DNA of 64,000 nucleotides from an uncultured Bacilli bacterium. GTDB taxonomy: Bacteria; Bacillota_I; Bacilli_A; RFN20; CAG-826. The notes under the pieces are model-generated. The model saw only the letters and a program-made list of their open reading frames with translations, ran no database searches and was not told where the DNA came from. Positions 39,443 to 50,011 of this stretch are shown one piece after another. Positions within the stretch are counted from its first letter, which is position 1. The number at the start of each line of letters is the position of its first letter. The stretch is from NCBI GenBank assembly GCA_944358865.1, contig CALVRV010000002.1, positions 12,433-76,432 of the forward strand, given 5' to 3'. A program made the position numbers and the translations under genes.

Positions 39443-41560
39443 ATGCCAAAAATTAAACCTATTAAAGATTTAAGAAATACAAATGAAATATCAAAACTAA
39501 CTCATGAAATTGATGAACCTATTTTTATCACTAAAAATGGCTATCAAGACATGGTTGTTATGTCAAATGAATATTACGATAAAAATTTTAATAAACATAA
39601 TACATATAAAGTAAATTCTGTTGAATTAGACAATAATTTTGTCCCCTTAAAACAATGTGATAATAATTATGGTTTTGTTCGTGTTGGTGCAGGTAATTTT
39701 AATGTTTGCCTATCAAATGTAAAAGAAAATGTTAAAAAAATCAAAGATATTATTTTAGATGCTTTAAAAAAAGAAATTCATGTTTTAGTCTTACCTGAAC
39801 TTTGTTTGTGTGGGTATAGTTTAAGAGATTTATTTTTTCAAAATGAAACGCTTGATCAAATCCATGATTCAATAGTGGAACTAGCTAATTTTAGTAAAGA
39901 TAAAAATATCATTGTTTTTATTGGCGCGCCACTAACATATCAAGGTGGATTATATAATTGTGCAGTTGCTATTAATAATGGCGAAATATTAGGCGTAATC
40001 CCTAAAACCTACATACCAAACTACAATGAATTTTATGAAGCAAGACAATTTAGAAGTGGATTAGATATTAAAAAAGATCATATATTGATAAAAGATAAAC
40101 TTTATCCGTTTGGAAGAGAAATTTTATTCCGCTGTTTAAATTATTATAATTTATGCATTGGTGTTGAAATTTGTGAAGATTTATGGAGCAATCTTCCACC
40201 AAGCACCTATTTAGCACAAAATGGAGCGACACTTATTGTAAATTTAAGCGCTTCTAATGAATTAATTAGCAAAGATGATTATCGTCTTGATTTAGTTAAA
40301 ATGACATCAGGGCGATTGATATGTGGTTATGCTTACGCAAGTGCTGGTCAAGGAGAATCAACCACTGATGTTATTTATAGTTCACATAATATTATTTGTG
40401 AAAATGCAAGAATTTTATCTAATAGTGAACTTTTTAAAAATAATTTAGTGTATAGTGAAATTGATATTGAAAGATTAGTAAATGAAAGAAGGAGAACTTC
40501 GACTTTTTTCACTACAAACGATAATTATTTAAATATTGGATTTAAATTAGATATTGTCATCAATAATTTAGTGCGATATATTAACCCAAATCCATTTTTA
40601 ATAACAAACAAAAAACAAGCCTTATCTAGATATCGTAAAATACTAAAAATGCAAGCCTTATCTTTAAAAAAACGTGTCGAAGCCGCACATAGCGATAGTT
40701 TAGTTATAGGCTTAAGCGGTGGTCTTGATTCCACTTTAGCGCTTTTAGTTAGTAAAGAAACATTTAAATTAATGAATAAAGATTTAAAAAAAGTCTACGC
40801 AATTACATTACCATGTTTTGGAACAAGTCAAAGAACTCATGACAATGCAAAAGCACTAGCGAATGCTTTAGGCGTATCTTTTAAAGAAATTAATATTAAT
40901 GAAACTATTAAATCTCATTTTAAAGATATCGGACATGATATTAAAAATGAAAATGCCACATTTGAAAATGCTCAAGCTAGAGAAAGAACACAAGTCTTAA
41001 TGGATTTTGCAAATGATCACAATGCTTTGATGGTAGGAACTGGCGATCTAAGTGAATTATGTCTTGGATGGACAACATATAATGGAGATCATATGTCGAT
41101 GTATGGTGTCAATGCTTCTATTCCTAAAACATTAGTAATTGAACTAGTAAATACATATGGCTTAGACCATCAAGAAGTCGCACAGATTCTAGAAGATATT
41201 ATACTAACACCAATATCACCTGAATTATTGCCATTAGATAATGGAAAAATTATTCAAAAAACAGAAGAAAAAATAGGACCATACGAACTTGTTGATTTCT
41301 TTATTTATTATTTCTTAAGATGTAATTTTAAACCAAGTAAAATTCTTTTTCTTGCTAAACAAGCCTATCATGATAAATATCAAGTCGATGAAATAAAAAA
41401 ATGGTTAAAAATATTCTTAAAGCGTTTTTACCAAAATCAATTTAAAAGAAGCTGTCTTCCTGATGGTGTTAAGATTGGTTCTGTGTGTATCTCGCCACGT
41501 GGTGATTTAAGAATGCCAAGTGACGCTGATGTAAACGAGTTAATATCTTCATTAGATTAG
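39443..41560 (+). CDS. nadE: Glutamine-dependent NAD+ synthetase with N-terminal Phd/YefM antitoxin-like domain
   Basis: aa 1-50 read MPKIKPIKDLRNTNEISKLTHEIDEPIFITKNGYQDMVVMSNEYYDK, which fits the Phd/YefM pattern. From about aa 75 there is a CN-hydrolase domain (YGFVRVGAG, LPELCLCGY, EICEDLW), then an NAD synthetase domain (GLSGGLDST). RBS GGAG lies upstream of ATG 39443. Confidence 0.8.
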   Translation: MPKIKPIKDLRNTNEISKLTHEIDEPIFITKNGYQDMVVMSNEYYDKNFNKHNTYKVNSVELDNNFVPLKQCDNNYGFVRVGAGNFNVCLSNVKENVKKIKDIILDALKKEIHVLVLPELCLCGYSLRDLFFQNETLDQIHDSIVELANFSKDKNIIVFIGAPLTYQGGLYNCAVAINNGEILGVIPKTYIPNYNEFYEARQFRSGLDIKKDHILIKDKLYPFGREILFRCLNYYNLCIGVEICEDLWSNLPPSTYLAQNGATLIVNLSASNELISKDDYRLDLVKMTSGRLICGYAYASAGQGESTTDVIYSSHNIICENARILSNSELFKNNLVYSEIDIERLVNERRRTSTFFTTNDNYLNIGFKLDIVINNLVRYINPNPFLITNKKQALSRYRKILKMQALSLKKRVEAAHSDSLVIGLSGGLDSTLALLVSKETFKLMNKDLKKVYAITLPCFGTSQRTHDNAKALANALGVSFKEININETIKSHFKDIGHDIKNENATFENAQARERTQVLMDFANDHNALMVGTGDLSELCLGWTTYNGDHMSMYGVNASIPKTLVIELVNTYGLDHQEVAQILEDIILTPISPELLPLDNGKIIQKTEEKIGPYELVDFFIYYFLRCNFKPSKILFLAKQAYHDKYQVDEIKKWLKIFLKRFYQNQFKRSCLPDGVKIGSVCISPRGDLRMPSDADVNELISSLD

Positions 41561-41670
41561 ACTATAGTATTAAAAATTAAGTAACAGTCAATTATTTTTA
41601 AATTTACATTTAAATATACACTAATTAATATTATAATATTAAACGTATTTCATAAGGAGGAATTTTTATT

Positions 41671-42228
41671 ATGGTTAATGTAACAGAATTAAGACCAGGC
41701 AACTATTTTGAAGAAGAAGGTAATATTTATCGTGTTATTGATATTTTATTAAACAAAACCGCGATGAGAAAAATGGTTGCTAAAGTTAAAGTTAAAAATT
41801 TAAGAACAGGCGCAGTTACTGAAATTGCTCGTAATAGCGGTTATCAAATCGAAACTATTCGTTTAGATAAAAAACAAATGCAATATCTTTATGACAGCGG
41901 TGAAACTTTAGTATTTATGGATCAAAATACCTATGAACAAGTTGAAATTTCAAAAGATCGTTTGCAATGGGAATCTCAACTATTAAAAGGTGATGAATTA
42001 GTGGAAATTATTTCCTATGGAAGCGAAATATTAGGCGTTAATTTACCTGCTAAAGTAGCCTTAAAAGTTACACAATGTGATCCTGCAACTAGAGGCGATA
42101 CAATTAATAAAGCTATGAAAGAAGTTACACTTGAAACTGGCTTAAAAACAAAAGTACCAATGTTTATCGAAGAAGGAGAAGTCGTATTAATCCGCACTGA
42201 TAATGGTGAATACGACGGACGTGCTTAA
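41671..42228 (+). CDS. efp: Translation elongation factor P
   Basis: 185 aa with typical three-domain EF-P sequence (LRPGNYFEEEGNIY...). Confidence 0.95.
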   Translation: MVNVTELRPGNYFEEEGNIYRVIDILLNKTAMRKMVAKVKVKNLRTGAVTEIARNSGYQIETIRLDKKQMQYLYDSGETLVFMDQNTYEQVEISKDRLQWESQLLKGDELVEIISYGSEILGVNLPAKVALKVTQCDPATRGDTINKAMKEVTLETGLKTKVPMFIEEGEVVLIRTDNGEYDGRA

Positions 42229-42230
42229 TT

Positions 42231-42449
42231 ATGGAAGCTTGGGAAATTGCTCTTATTTGTATTGCATGTGTTATCGTAACAGCAATCGCAACGTTTTTTA
42301 TCACAAGAGCGTTATTTAAAAAACAGTTAAGGGATAATCCTCCTATTAATGAAAAAATGATTCGCGCGATGTTTATGTCAATGGGAAGACCAGCGACCGA
42401 AAAACAAATTCGTGAAGTCATGCGAAACGTTAAAAATCAAAGCAAATAA
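42231..42449 (+). CDS. yneF: UPF0154/YneF-family small membrane protein
   Basis: 72 aa with one TM helix, then the motif NPPINEKMIRAMFMSMGRPATEKQI typical of YneF. Confidence 0.8.
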   Translation: MEAWEIALICIACVIVTAIATFFITRALFKKQLRDNPPINEKMIRAMFMSMGRPATEKQIREVMRNVKNQSK

Positions 42450-42470
42450 ATTAATTAAATTAACTAATAA

Positions 42471-42497
42471 AATCACCATAGCAATGGTGGTTTTTTT
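42471..42497 (+). terminator. Rho-independent terminator after yneF
   Basis: CACCAT (42474-42479), AGCA loop, ATGGTG (42484-42489), extendable by flanking pairs, followed by T7 (42491-42497). Confidence 0.7.
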
Positions 42498-42673
42498 ATG
42501 CTTTTAATTAATAAAGAACAAAATGTTATTATATGTTAAAAGTTAATATAAAGTTAAAAAATCAGTCAACGTAAAACTTTGAATAGCGCTATATAAATTG
42601 TATAGTATTATAATTTTTGTAAAAATATTAACAATATAAATAAACTACTAAAAAACTACTAGATATATACTAA

Positions 42674-43411
42674 TTACATCCACGAAATTTTTCTTTCGTT
42701 TCCGTTTTTAATTCTAACAATATTGCTTCTATGTCTAAAGATTAAAATTAGCATTGCAAAGGTCATAACACTTGCAAAAACATATCCAGGACACAAAGTT
42801 AAACCATACATACAAAATTCATTAAATGTAGGAATGCAAGTTAGCCAACTGCATATCATGACAACAATGCTTCCAATTATTGAACTAAGTGAAATATATT
42901 TTTTAATTTTTAAAGTTATAAAAAACGCAGCAACACCAAATATGCCAACGAACCAACTTGAAAATACTGCACTTGAAAAAGTTACTGATGCAGCTTTTCC
43001 GCCTTTAAAACTAGCAAATAGTGGATAGCAATGGCCAAGTATGCATCCAACAACCACAAGCCAATACACTGGCCAAGTAATTAAATAACCTGCGACATTA
43101 TTATTTAAAATCATTTCAGTAGTCGGTAGTAGTGGTAAATCATCAAACATTTTAACATATGTTAAAATTGCCCATGAACCCCATAATGGCACTGCTAATT
43201 TTAAAAAATCTAAAATATAGACAATTATTCCATATTTAAAACCCCAAAGTCGAGAAGCATTTGTTCCTCCAGAATTTTTTGATCCAAGCTCTCTAGGGTC
43301 TTGTCTAAAAAATATTTTACCAACTAAAACACCGACAGGAATTGAACCAAATAGGTATCCAATTATTAGGCATATTATTGCGCATGTGATGTTAACTAAT
43401 ACTTGGTTCAT
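42674..43411 (-). CDS. plsY: Glycerol-3-phosphate acyltransferase PlsY
   Basis: Polytopic membrane protein with GSKNSGGTNASR, a variant of the GSGNxGATN motif. Adjacent to parE-parC as in Bacillus. Confidence 0.85.
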   Translation of the reverse strand: MNQVLVNITCAIICLIIGYLFGSIPVGVLVGKIFFRQDPRELGSKNSGGTNASRLWGFKYGIIVYILDFLKLAVPLWGSWAILTYVKMFDDLPLLPTTEMILNNNVAGYLITWPVYWLVVVGCILGHCYPLFASFKGGKAASVTFSSAVFSSWFVGIFGVAAFFITLKIKKYISLSSIIGSIVVMICSWLTCIPTFNEFCMYGLTLCPGYVFASVMTFAMLILIFRHRSNIVRIKNGNERKISWM

Positions 43412-43487
43412 AATTTATTATTATTTTACTAAAAATAATTATAATTTCAATTAAATTCGTGTATAATACTTATGGAATATATAAGTA

Positions 43488-45431
43488 ATGAGCGAAGATA
43501 TTAAAAAAAATACATATGTTGCAGATGACATTGAATTGCTGCAAGGTTTAGAAGCCGTTAGAAAAAGACCTGGTATGTATATTGGGTCAACAAACAGTTA
43601 TGGCTTACATCATTTAGTGTGGGAAATTGTTGATAACGCAATCGATGAAGCGATGGCGGGTTATGGAAATAAAATATATGTTACCATACATAAAGATGGA
43701 TCAATTACTATTACCGATGAAGGACGAGGAATTCCTACTGGAGTGCAAAGTCAAACTCATAAACCTGCTATAGAACTAGTTTTTGGTGAACTTCATGCTG
43801 GTGGTAAATTTAACGAAGGTGCTTATAAAAGTGCGGCTGGTTTACACGGTGTTGGTGCTTCTGTTACTAATGCTTTAAGTACTTGGCTTGATGTTTTAGT
43901 TTATCGTGATGGAAAAATTTTTCATATTCGTTACAAAGATGGTGGAAAAATTGATATACCATTAGAAGTTATCGGTACGACAAATAAACATGGTACGACT
44001 GTAAGTTTTAAACCTGATGATAAAATTTTTGCAACAACTGAATTTAAATGGGATACGATATATAATCACTTACAAGAAGAAGCTTTCTTATTAAGAAAAG
44101 TCCATTTCTATTTAAAAGATGAACGTTCTTCACTCAGCCAAGAATTTTATTATGAAGATGGATTAAAAGAATATATTGCAACTGTTAATCAAAACAAAAA
44201 ACCTTTGACAGATATTATTCATTTTCAAGGTGTGGTCCAAGATATTGAAATTGAAATTGCTATGCAATATTGTTTAGGCGATTACAATGAAACAATGTTT
44301 AGTTATGCAAATAATGTAAGAACACGCGATGGCGGCACTCATGAAACTGGTTTTAAATCAGGTATTACTCGTGTCGTTAATGATTTTGTTGAAAAAAATA
44401 ATATTACTAAAGCTAAAAAACTTGAAGGCAGCGATATAAGAGAAGGGCTTACAACAGTCATGTCTTTAAAGGTGCCTGAAAAAATTATTGAATTTGAAGG
44501 TCAAACAAAATCAAAGTTAGGAACGCCACAAGCGACTAGCTCAGTTTTTAATTTTATTTATGAAAAATTCACTTACTATTTGACTGAAAATAAAGAAGTA
44601 GCAATGAATATTATTTCTAAATGTATCGATGCTTATAATACAAGAATCGCGGCAAGAAAAGCTAAAGAAGAAGCAAGAAGTAGTAAAAAAGTAAAGCAAG
44701 AGATAATCTTATCAGATAAATTAACTCCTGCCCAAAGTAAAGATTATTTAAAAAATGAATTGTTTATAGTGGAAGGTGATTCAGCTGGTGGAAACGCTAA
44801 AAAAGGGCGTGATCGCATTCATCAAGCTATTTTACCTTTACGTGGTAAGCCATTAAATACAGATTCTATTACTGTTGAAAAATTATTACAAAATGAAGAA
44901 TTTGCTACAATTATTAACACTATTGGTGCAGGTTTTGGTCAATCTTTTGACATTAATGAAATAAAATATGGAAAAATAATTATTATGACCGACGCTGATA
45001 CTGACGGCGCGCATATTCAAACCTTACTTTTGACATTTTTTTATAACTATATGCGTACTTTAATAACATCTGGTCACGTTTATGTGGCTGCTCCTCCTTT
45101 ATATAGAATATATAAAGAAGATAAGCAAAGAAAAGTTAATGAACGTTATGCTTGGAATGATCAAGATTTAGAAAAAGCAAAAAAAGAAATTGGCCCTGGC
45201 TATCATATTTCTCGTTATAAAGGACTTGGTGAAATGAGTGATATTCAATTAAAAAAGACAACCATGGATCCTCGTTCCCGTTTATTGATACAAGTAAGAA
45301 TTGATGATCCTTTATTTGTTGAAAAACAAGTTGGTATTTTAATGGGAAAAGATGCAAGCAATCGTCGTAAATGGGTTGAAGAAAATGTTGACTTTAACAA
45401 AGTAGACACTTTTATTAATGAGGTCAAATAA
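43488..45431 (+). CDS. parE: DNA topoisomerase IV subunit B (type IIA topoisomerase ATPase subunit)
   Basis: GHKL ATPase motifs, TOPRIM EGDSAGG and PLRGK. Assignment as ParE rather than GyrB rests on plsY adjacency and the 647 aa length. Confidence 0.75.
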   Translation: MSEDIKKNTYVADDIELLQGLEAVRKRPGMYIGSTNSYGLHHLVWEIVDNAIDEAMAGYGNKIYVTIHKDGSITITDEGRGIPTGVQSQTHKPAIELVFGELHAGGKFNEGAYKSAAGLHGVGASVTNALSTWLDVLVYRDGKIFHIRYKDGGKIDIPLEVIGTTNKHGTTVSFKPDDKIFATTEFKWDTIYNHLQEEAFLLRKVHFYLKDERSSLSQEFYYEDGLKEYIATVNQNKKPLTDIIHFQGVVQDIEIEIAMQYCLGDYNETMFSYANNVRTRDGGTHETGFKSGITRVVNDFVEKNNITKAKKLEGSDIREGLTTVMSLKVPEKIIEFEGQTKSKLGTPQATSSVFNFIYEKFTYYLTENKEVAMNIISKCIDAYNTRIAARKAKEEARSSKKVKQEIILSDKLTPAQSKDYLKNELFIVEGDSAGGNAKKGRDRIHQAILPLRGKPLNTDSITVEKLLQNEEFATIINTIGAGFGQSFDINEIKYGKIIIMTDADTDGAHIQTLLLTFFYNYMRTLITSGHVYVAAPPLYRIYKEDKQRKVNERYAWNDQDLEKAKKEIGPGYHISRYKGLGEMSDIQLKKTTMDPRSRLLIQVRIDDPLFVEKQVGILMGKDASNRRKWVEENVDFNKVDTFINEVK

Positions 45432-48068
45432 ATGGCAAAGAAGAAGCAACAAGAAGAAGTTATTATTGAAAATATATCTAGTGAACCATTAGAAGAAGTA
45501 ATGGCGGATCGATATGCGACGTATGCAAAATATGTAATTCAAGATCGCGCTATTCCGGATGTAAGAGATGGTTTAAAACCTGTACAAAGACGTATTTTAT
45601 ATGCTATGCATACAAGCGGAAATACTTTTAATCGTCCAACTAGAAAATGTGCTCACAGTGTTGGTGAAGTTATGGGTAATTATCATCCACATGGTGATAC
45701 CTCAATATATGAAGCTTTAGCAAGAATGAGCCAAGATTGGAAAGTAAGAGCCCCTTTAATTGATTTTCAAGGTAATAATGGTTCTATTGATGGTGATTCT
45801 CCAGCTGCTTATCGTTATACAGAAGCGCGCTTAAGCCAACTAGCGTCTGAAATGTTAAAAGATATTGAAAAAAACACTGTTGATATGCAGTTAACTTTTG
45901 ATGACACAAGATTTGAACCTACTGTTTTGCCTGCTCGTTTTCCTAATCTTTTTGTTAATGGCAGTGAAGGTATTGCTGTTGCGTTAGCGACAGAAATTCC
46001 TACTCATAATTTAAAAGAAATTATTGACGCAACAACATATCGAATTAGTCATCCTAATTGTCAATTAGATGAATTATTACAAATTATGCCCGGTCCAGAT
46101 TTTCCTACTGGTGGTATTATATATAATGGTGAAGGAATTAAACAAATTTATGAGACTGGAAGAGGAAGAATTGAAATTACTAGCCGCTGGCAAATTGTTG
46201 ATTCTGGTTCGATTAAACAAATAATTATTAGTGAAATTCCATACAAAGTAAATAAAAAACAATTAGTGTATGAAATAGATAAAATCCGTCATAGCAAATC
46301 TATAGATGGGATTATTGAAGTTAGAGATGAAAGTGATTACACTGGCTTTAGAATTGTTATTGATATAAGAAAAAATAGTGATGCAAATTTGATATTATCA
46401 TATTTAGAAAATAAAACATCTTTAAAAATCTCTTATAGTGTCAATATGGTTGCAATTGTTGATGGGCGACCAAAAACACTTTCTTTAATTGATTATCTTG
46501 ACGCTTATATCGCACATCAAAAAAATGTTGTAACAAGATTATTAAATTTTGAATTAGATAAATTAAACGCTCGTTTGCATATTGTTGAAGGGCTTATTTT
46601 AGCTTTAACAAATATTAATGAAGTAGTAAAAATAATTCAGCAAAGCAAAGATAAGGCTGATTCTAAAATTAACTTGATGGAAAAATATAAATTTAGCAAT
46701 GAACAAGCAGAAGCTATTGTCATGATGCCTTTATATAAATTAAGCCACACTGATGTTGAAACTTTAATTAGTGAAAAAGATCAATTATTAAGAGATATTA
46801 ATTACCGTCAAGATGTTTTATCTGATCCTAAAAAAATAAATCGTTATATCATTAATGATTTAAATGCAATTGCAAAAACTTATCCTAGCCCAAGAAAAAC
46901 ATCATTTAAAGATAAAGAAGTAGTAGGAAAAATTGATAAGCGCTTATTAATTAGCAAAGAAAAAATATTTTTTGCAGTTACACGTGATGGATATTTTAAA
47001 CGCTCAACTTATAAATCTTATACTTCATCATTAAATTCTAATCCATATCCTGAATTAAAAGAAGGGGATGTACTTGTCGGATTAAATATGGCTTATACAA
47101 CAGATTTTCTTCTTTGCTTTACTAATTTAGGTAACTATATGTATATTCCAATTTATGAATTAGAAGAAAATAAATGGAAAGATAAAGGAAGCCACATCAA
47201 TTCATTAATTACAATGAATAGCAATGAAAAAATTATATCTGTTTTAGTATGTGATAAATTAAGAAATGATTTATACACTATTTTGTTAACAAAAAATGGT
47301 CAAATAAAAAGAACTCCTTTATCATTTTATACTGATAGTTTAAAATCTCGACCATTTAAATGTATTAGACTAGCAAACGGAGATGAATTAGTCGATGTTA
47401 AATTATCAACTGGAAACGCAAACATTATGGTATTTTCTAGTGGTGGATTTTATGCCTATTTTAATGAAAATGAATTAATACCATTATCTTTAAAGGCTAG
47501 CGGTGTTAAATCAATGTCTTTAAAAGGTGGGCAACATGCAATTAATTTAGTTATTGCTCAAGAAAATGAAAGATCAAAAATCGTTTTAATTACTGATAAA
47601 TCTTGTCTTAGAATTTTTGATACTAGTAAGGGTGAGGTTACACAACGTTTAGCGAAAAATCAAATTGCTTTTAAAACTTTTAAAAACGATACTCACCATC
47701 TTGTTTACGCTCATAAAGTTGTATACGATAAAATTTATCAAGGCCAAGATAATATTTTAGAAAAAGATGAAATGTCAATTGTGCTATACGACAATAATTT
47801 TGAACCTAATGAAATAATTATTAATGACTTCCATCTAACCGATATTGATAAATATGCAAAGAAAAATATTGATTCAATGTTAGTAAAATCACGCATCAGA
47901 TATGTTTTTAATAAAGGTGTTGATTATGTTGATGATAAAATTGTTTCTCAGCCAATTGTCTTAAGAAAAGATTTGACTAATATTGAACAAGAATTATTAG
48001 ATGATGAAAAAGAAACAAAAAAAGGAAATGTTGAACAAATTACTTTGTTTGATGATTTTGATGATTAA
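45432..48068 (+). CDS. parC: DNA topoisomerase IV subunit A
   Basis: Region around AAYRYTEARL contains the catalytic Tyr. HPHGD motif and beta-pinwheel C-terminal domain. Starts immediately after parE. Confidence 0.75.
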   Translation: MAKKKQQEEVIIENISSEPLEEVMADRYATYAKYVIQDRAIPDVRDGLKPVQRRILYAMHTSGNTFNRPTRKCAHSVGEVMGNYHPHGDTSIYEALARMSQDWKVRAPLIDFQGNNGSIDGDSPAAYRYTEARLSQLASEMLKDIEKNTVDMQLTFDDTRFEPTVLPARFPNLFVNGSEGIAVALATEIPTHNLKEIIDATTYRISHPNCQLDELLQIMPGPDFPTGGIIYNGEGIKQIYETGRGRIEITSRWQIVDSGSIKQIIISEIPYKVNKKQLVYEIDKIRHSKSIDGIIEVRDESDYTGFRIVIDIRKNSDANLILSYLENKTSLKISYSVNMVAIVDGRPKTLSLIDYLDAYIAHQKNVVTRLLNFELDKLNARLHIVEGLILALTNINEVVKIIQQSKDKADSKINLMEKYKFSNEQAEAIVMMPLYKLSHTDVETLISEKDQLLRDINYRQDVLSDPKKINRYIINDLNAIAKTYPSPRKTSFKDKEVVGKIDKRLLISKEKIFFAVTRDGYFKRSTYKSYTSSLNSNPYPELKEGDVLVGLNMAYTTDFLLCFTNLGNYMYIPIYELEENKWKDKGSHINSLITMNSNEKIISVLVCDKLRNDLYTILLTKNGQIKRTPLSFYTDSLKSRPFKCIRLANGDELVDVKLSTGNANIMVFSSGGFYAYFNENELIPLSLKASGVKSMSLKGGQHAINLVIAQENERSKIVLITDKSCLRIFDTSKGEVTQRLAKNQIAFKTFKNDTHHLVYAHKVVYDKIYQGQDNILEKDEMSIVLYDNNFEPNEIIINDFHLTDIDKYAKKNIDSMLVKSRIRYVFNKGVDYVDDKIVSQPIVLRKDLTNIEQELLDDEKETKKGNVEQITLFDDFDD

Positions 48069-48070
48069 AT

Positions 48071-48589
48071 ATGAATATTAATAAATACATTCCTACATAC
48101 GTAATAGATTCTATTTTTAAGATGGATCCTAAAGATGTCTTAAAAAGACAATATAAAGTAATTTTAAGTGATTTAGATAATACTTTAGATTGTTATTTAA
48201 ATGAGCGTCCAAGTGATGAAGTAAAAAATAAAATTAAACAATTTCAAGAAAACGGTATCAAATTTATTATCACTAGCAACAATTTTAAAAAAAGAGTTTT
48301 GACCTATACAAAAGATTTAAATGTTAAAACAATATGGTTGCTATTAAAACCTTATACTTTTCGCTTAAAACGATTTTTAAAAAAGCATCATATTAACAAA
48401 GATGAATGTCTTATCATCGGCGATCAACTCTTTACAGATATTGCTTTAGCAAATAAAATAAAAATAGATAGTGTATTAGTTAAACCATTAACTAATCAAG
48501 ATCAAAAATTTACTACTTATCGAAGAAAAAAAGAGAAGAAATTATTAAAATTATTAAACGACAATAATAAATTTAATCAATGGAGGTAA
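48071..48589 (+). CDS. yqeG: YqeG-family HAD-IIIA phosphatase
   Basis: DLDNTL nucleophile motif and GDQLFTDI. Synteny yqeG-yqeH. Confidence 0.8.
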   Translation: MNINKYIPTYVIDSIFKMDPKDVLKRQYKVILSDLDNTLDCYLNERPSDEVKNKIKQFQENGIKFIITSNNFKKRVLTYTKDLNVKTIWLLLKPYTFRLKRFLKKHHINKDECLIIGDQLFTDIALANKIKIDSVLVKPLTNQDQKFTTYRRKKEKKLLKLLNDNNKFNQWR

Positions 48590-48593
48590 CAAT

Positions 48594-49727
48594 ATGGGCA
48601 AAATGTCTCGTGTCTTACGATGTAATAATTGTGGCGAAATATTGCAAAGTGATAATATTAATTTACCTGGTTATATCCCAACTTTAATTTTAAAAGATAC
48701 AAATCGTATTTTATATTGTGAAAATTGTTACCAAAAAAGAAAAGTTAATAGGGGAGAACTTTCATCTTCAATTGATGACAATTCTTTTAAAATTTTAAGT
48801 GACGCGAAAAATAATAATTCATTAATTGTTTTAATTGTTGATATTTTTGCTTTTAATGGGGTCATTAAAAAAACAATTATTGATTTAATTAAAGATGTTC
48901 CTTTAATAATAGTAGCAAATAAAAAAGATCTTTTACCTTTAAAAAGTAGCGATGAACAAATAATTAAATTTATTAAATCTCGTTTTAAAGAATATGAAAT
49001 TGATCCTCTAGATGTTCTTATTATAAGCACTAATAAGGGTTATAATTTTGAAACAATAAAAGAAAAAATCAAGATCCATGCTAAAAATAAAAATGTTTAT
49101 ATCATTGGTGGAAAAGGTTCAGGAAAAACAGCAATAATAAATAGATTATTAAAAACTTATAAAAACACAACTAATCGTCCGATTCAAACAATTAAATATA
49201 AAGATATTGACGCTAAAGTGTTAACTATGCCAATTGATGATAATACAAACGCCTATGAATTAGATGGATTTAGTTTAGACGATTCTATTTATGGTGCTTT
49301 AGAAAGAAACATAATTAATAAATATGTTTTATTAAAAAAATGTGTCAAAGTAAGAAAATTTCATCTTAAAGAAAACGATACATTACTTTTAGGTGGAATC
49401 GCTATGATCGGCTTAAAACAAGGCAAAAATAGTGAAATTAAAGCTTATTTTAATGAAAAAATAGAAATTAAAAAGATGCCTTTATCAAAAGAAAAAATAT
49501 TTTTTAAAACTAATTTAATAAATAAAAATCTTTTGCCTGTATCTGATTTATTACAAGATTTTTCTAATTTTGATTTATTTCAATATGAAATGGAAAATGA
49601 TAATTTAGACCATGAAATTGCAATTAAAGGTTTAGGATTTATAATATTTAAAGGTTTAGGACAAACTATTTATATTATGGTTCCAAAAGGTGTCGCTATT
49701 AAGGAAGGAATACCTAGATTATGTTAA
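48594..49727 (+). CDS. yqeH: Ribosome biogenesis GTPase YqeH (circularly permuted)
   Basis: N-terminal Zn ribbon CNNCG...CENC. G4 NKKD precedes G1 GGKGSGKT. Confidence 0.8.
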   Translation: MGKMSRVLRCNNCGEILQSDNINLPGYIPTLILKDTNRILYCENCYQKRKVNRGELSSSIDDNSFKILSDAKNNNSLIVLIVDIFAFNGVIKKTIIDLIKDVPLIIVANKKDLLPLKSSDEQIIKFIKSRFKEYEIDPLDVLIISTNKGYNFETIKEKIKIHAKNKNVYIIGGKGSGKTAIINRLLKTYKNTTNRPIQTIKYKDIDAKVLTMPIDDNTNAYELDGFSLDDSIYGALERNIINKYVLLKKCVKVRKFHLKENDTLLLGGIAMIGLKQGKNSEIKAYFNEKIEIKKMPLSKEKIFFKTNLINKNLLPVSDLLQDFSNFDLFQYEMENDNLDHEIAIKGLGFIIFKGLGQTIYIMVPKGVAIKEGIPRLC

Positions 49728-50011
49728 CTAAAGACAATAAAATAAAATTAAAATCATTATCAAATTCAATCAAAAATCGATACCAAATTGGAAAAAATGG
49801 TCTAACAAATACGACATTAGATTTACTTGATAAAGCCTTATTAGCGCATGAATTAATAAAAATTAATGTCTTAAAAAATTATCCATTTCCAGTACAAGAA
49901 TTAGTATTAGATTTATCTAGCAATTTGCATGCAGATGTTATAAGCGTTATTGGACGTGTAATTACTTTATATCGTTTTTCAAATAAAGATGGAGTTAAAC
50001 ACATTTTATGA
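49721..50011 (+). CDS. yhbY: YhbY/CRM-domain RNA-binding protein
   Basis: 96 aa with YQIGKNGLT...ELIKI pattern. Synteny with yqeH and nadD. Confidence 0.8.
   Translation: MLTKDNKIKLKSLSNSIKNRYQIGKNGLTNTTLDLLDKALLAHELIKINVLKNYPFPVQELVLDLSSNLHADVISVIGRVITLYRFSNKDGVKHIL

Noticed and set aside
42579-42606. Promoter-like TTGAAT-16-TATAGT on the plus strand, pointing antisense into plsY. A 101-aa antisense ORF lies at 42723-43028.
   Set aside because: Promoter-like hexamers are frequent in DNA this AT-rich. The antisense ORF has no RBS or recognisable motif, and there is no supporting structure.
45432-48068. ParC is 878 aa with an acidic C-terminal tail, raising the question of an extra domain.
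   Set aside because: Its length falls within the range I recall for low-GC ParC/GyrA proteins with extended C-terminal domains. No separate motif is visible, so it is not distinctive enough to report.
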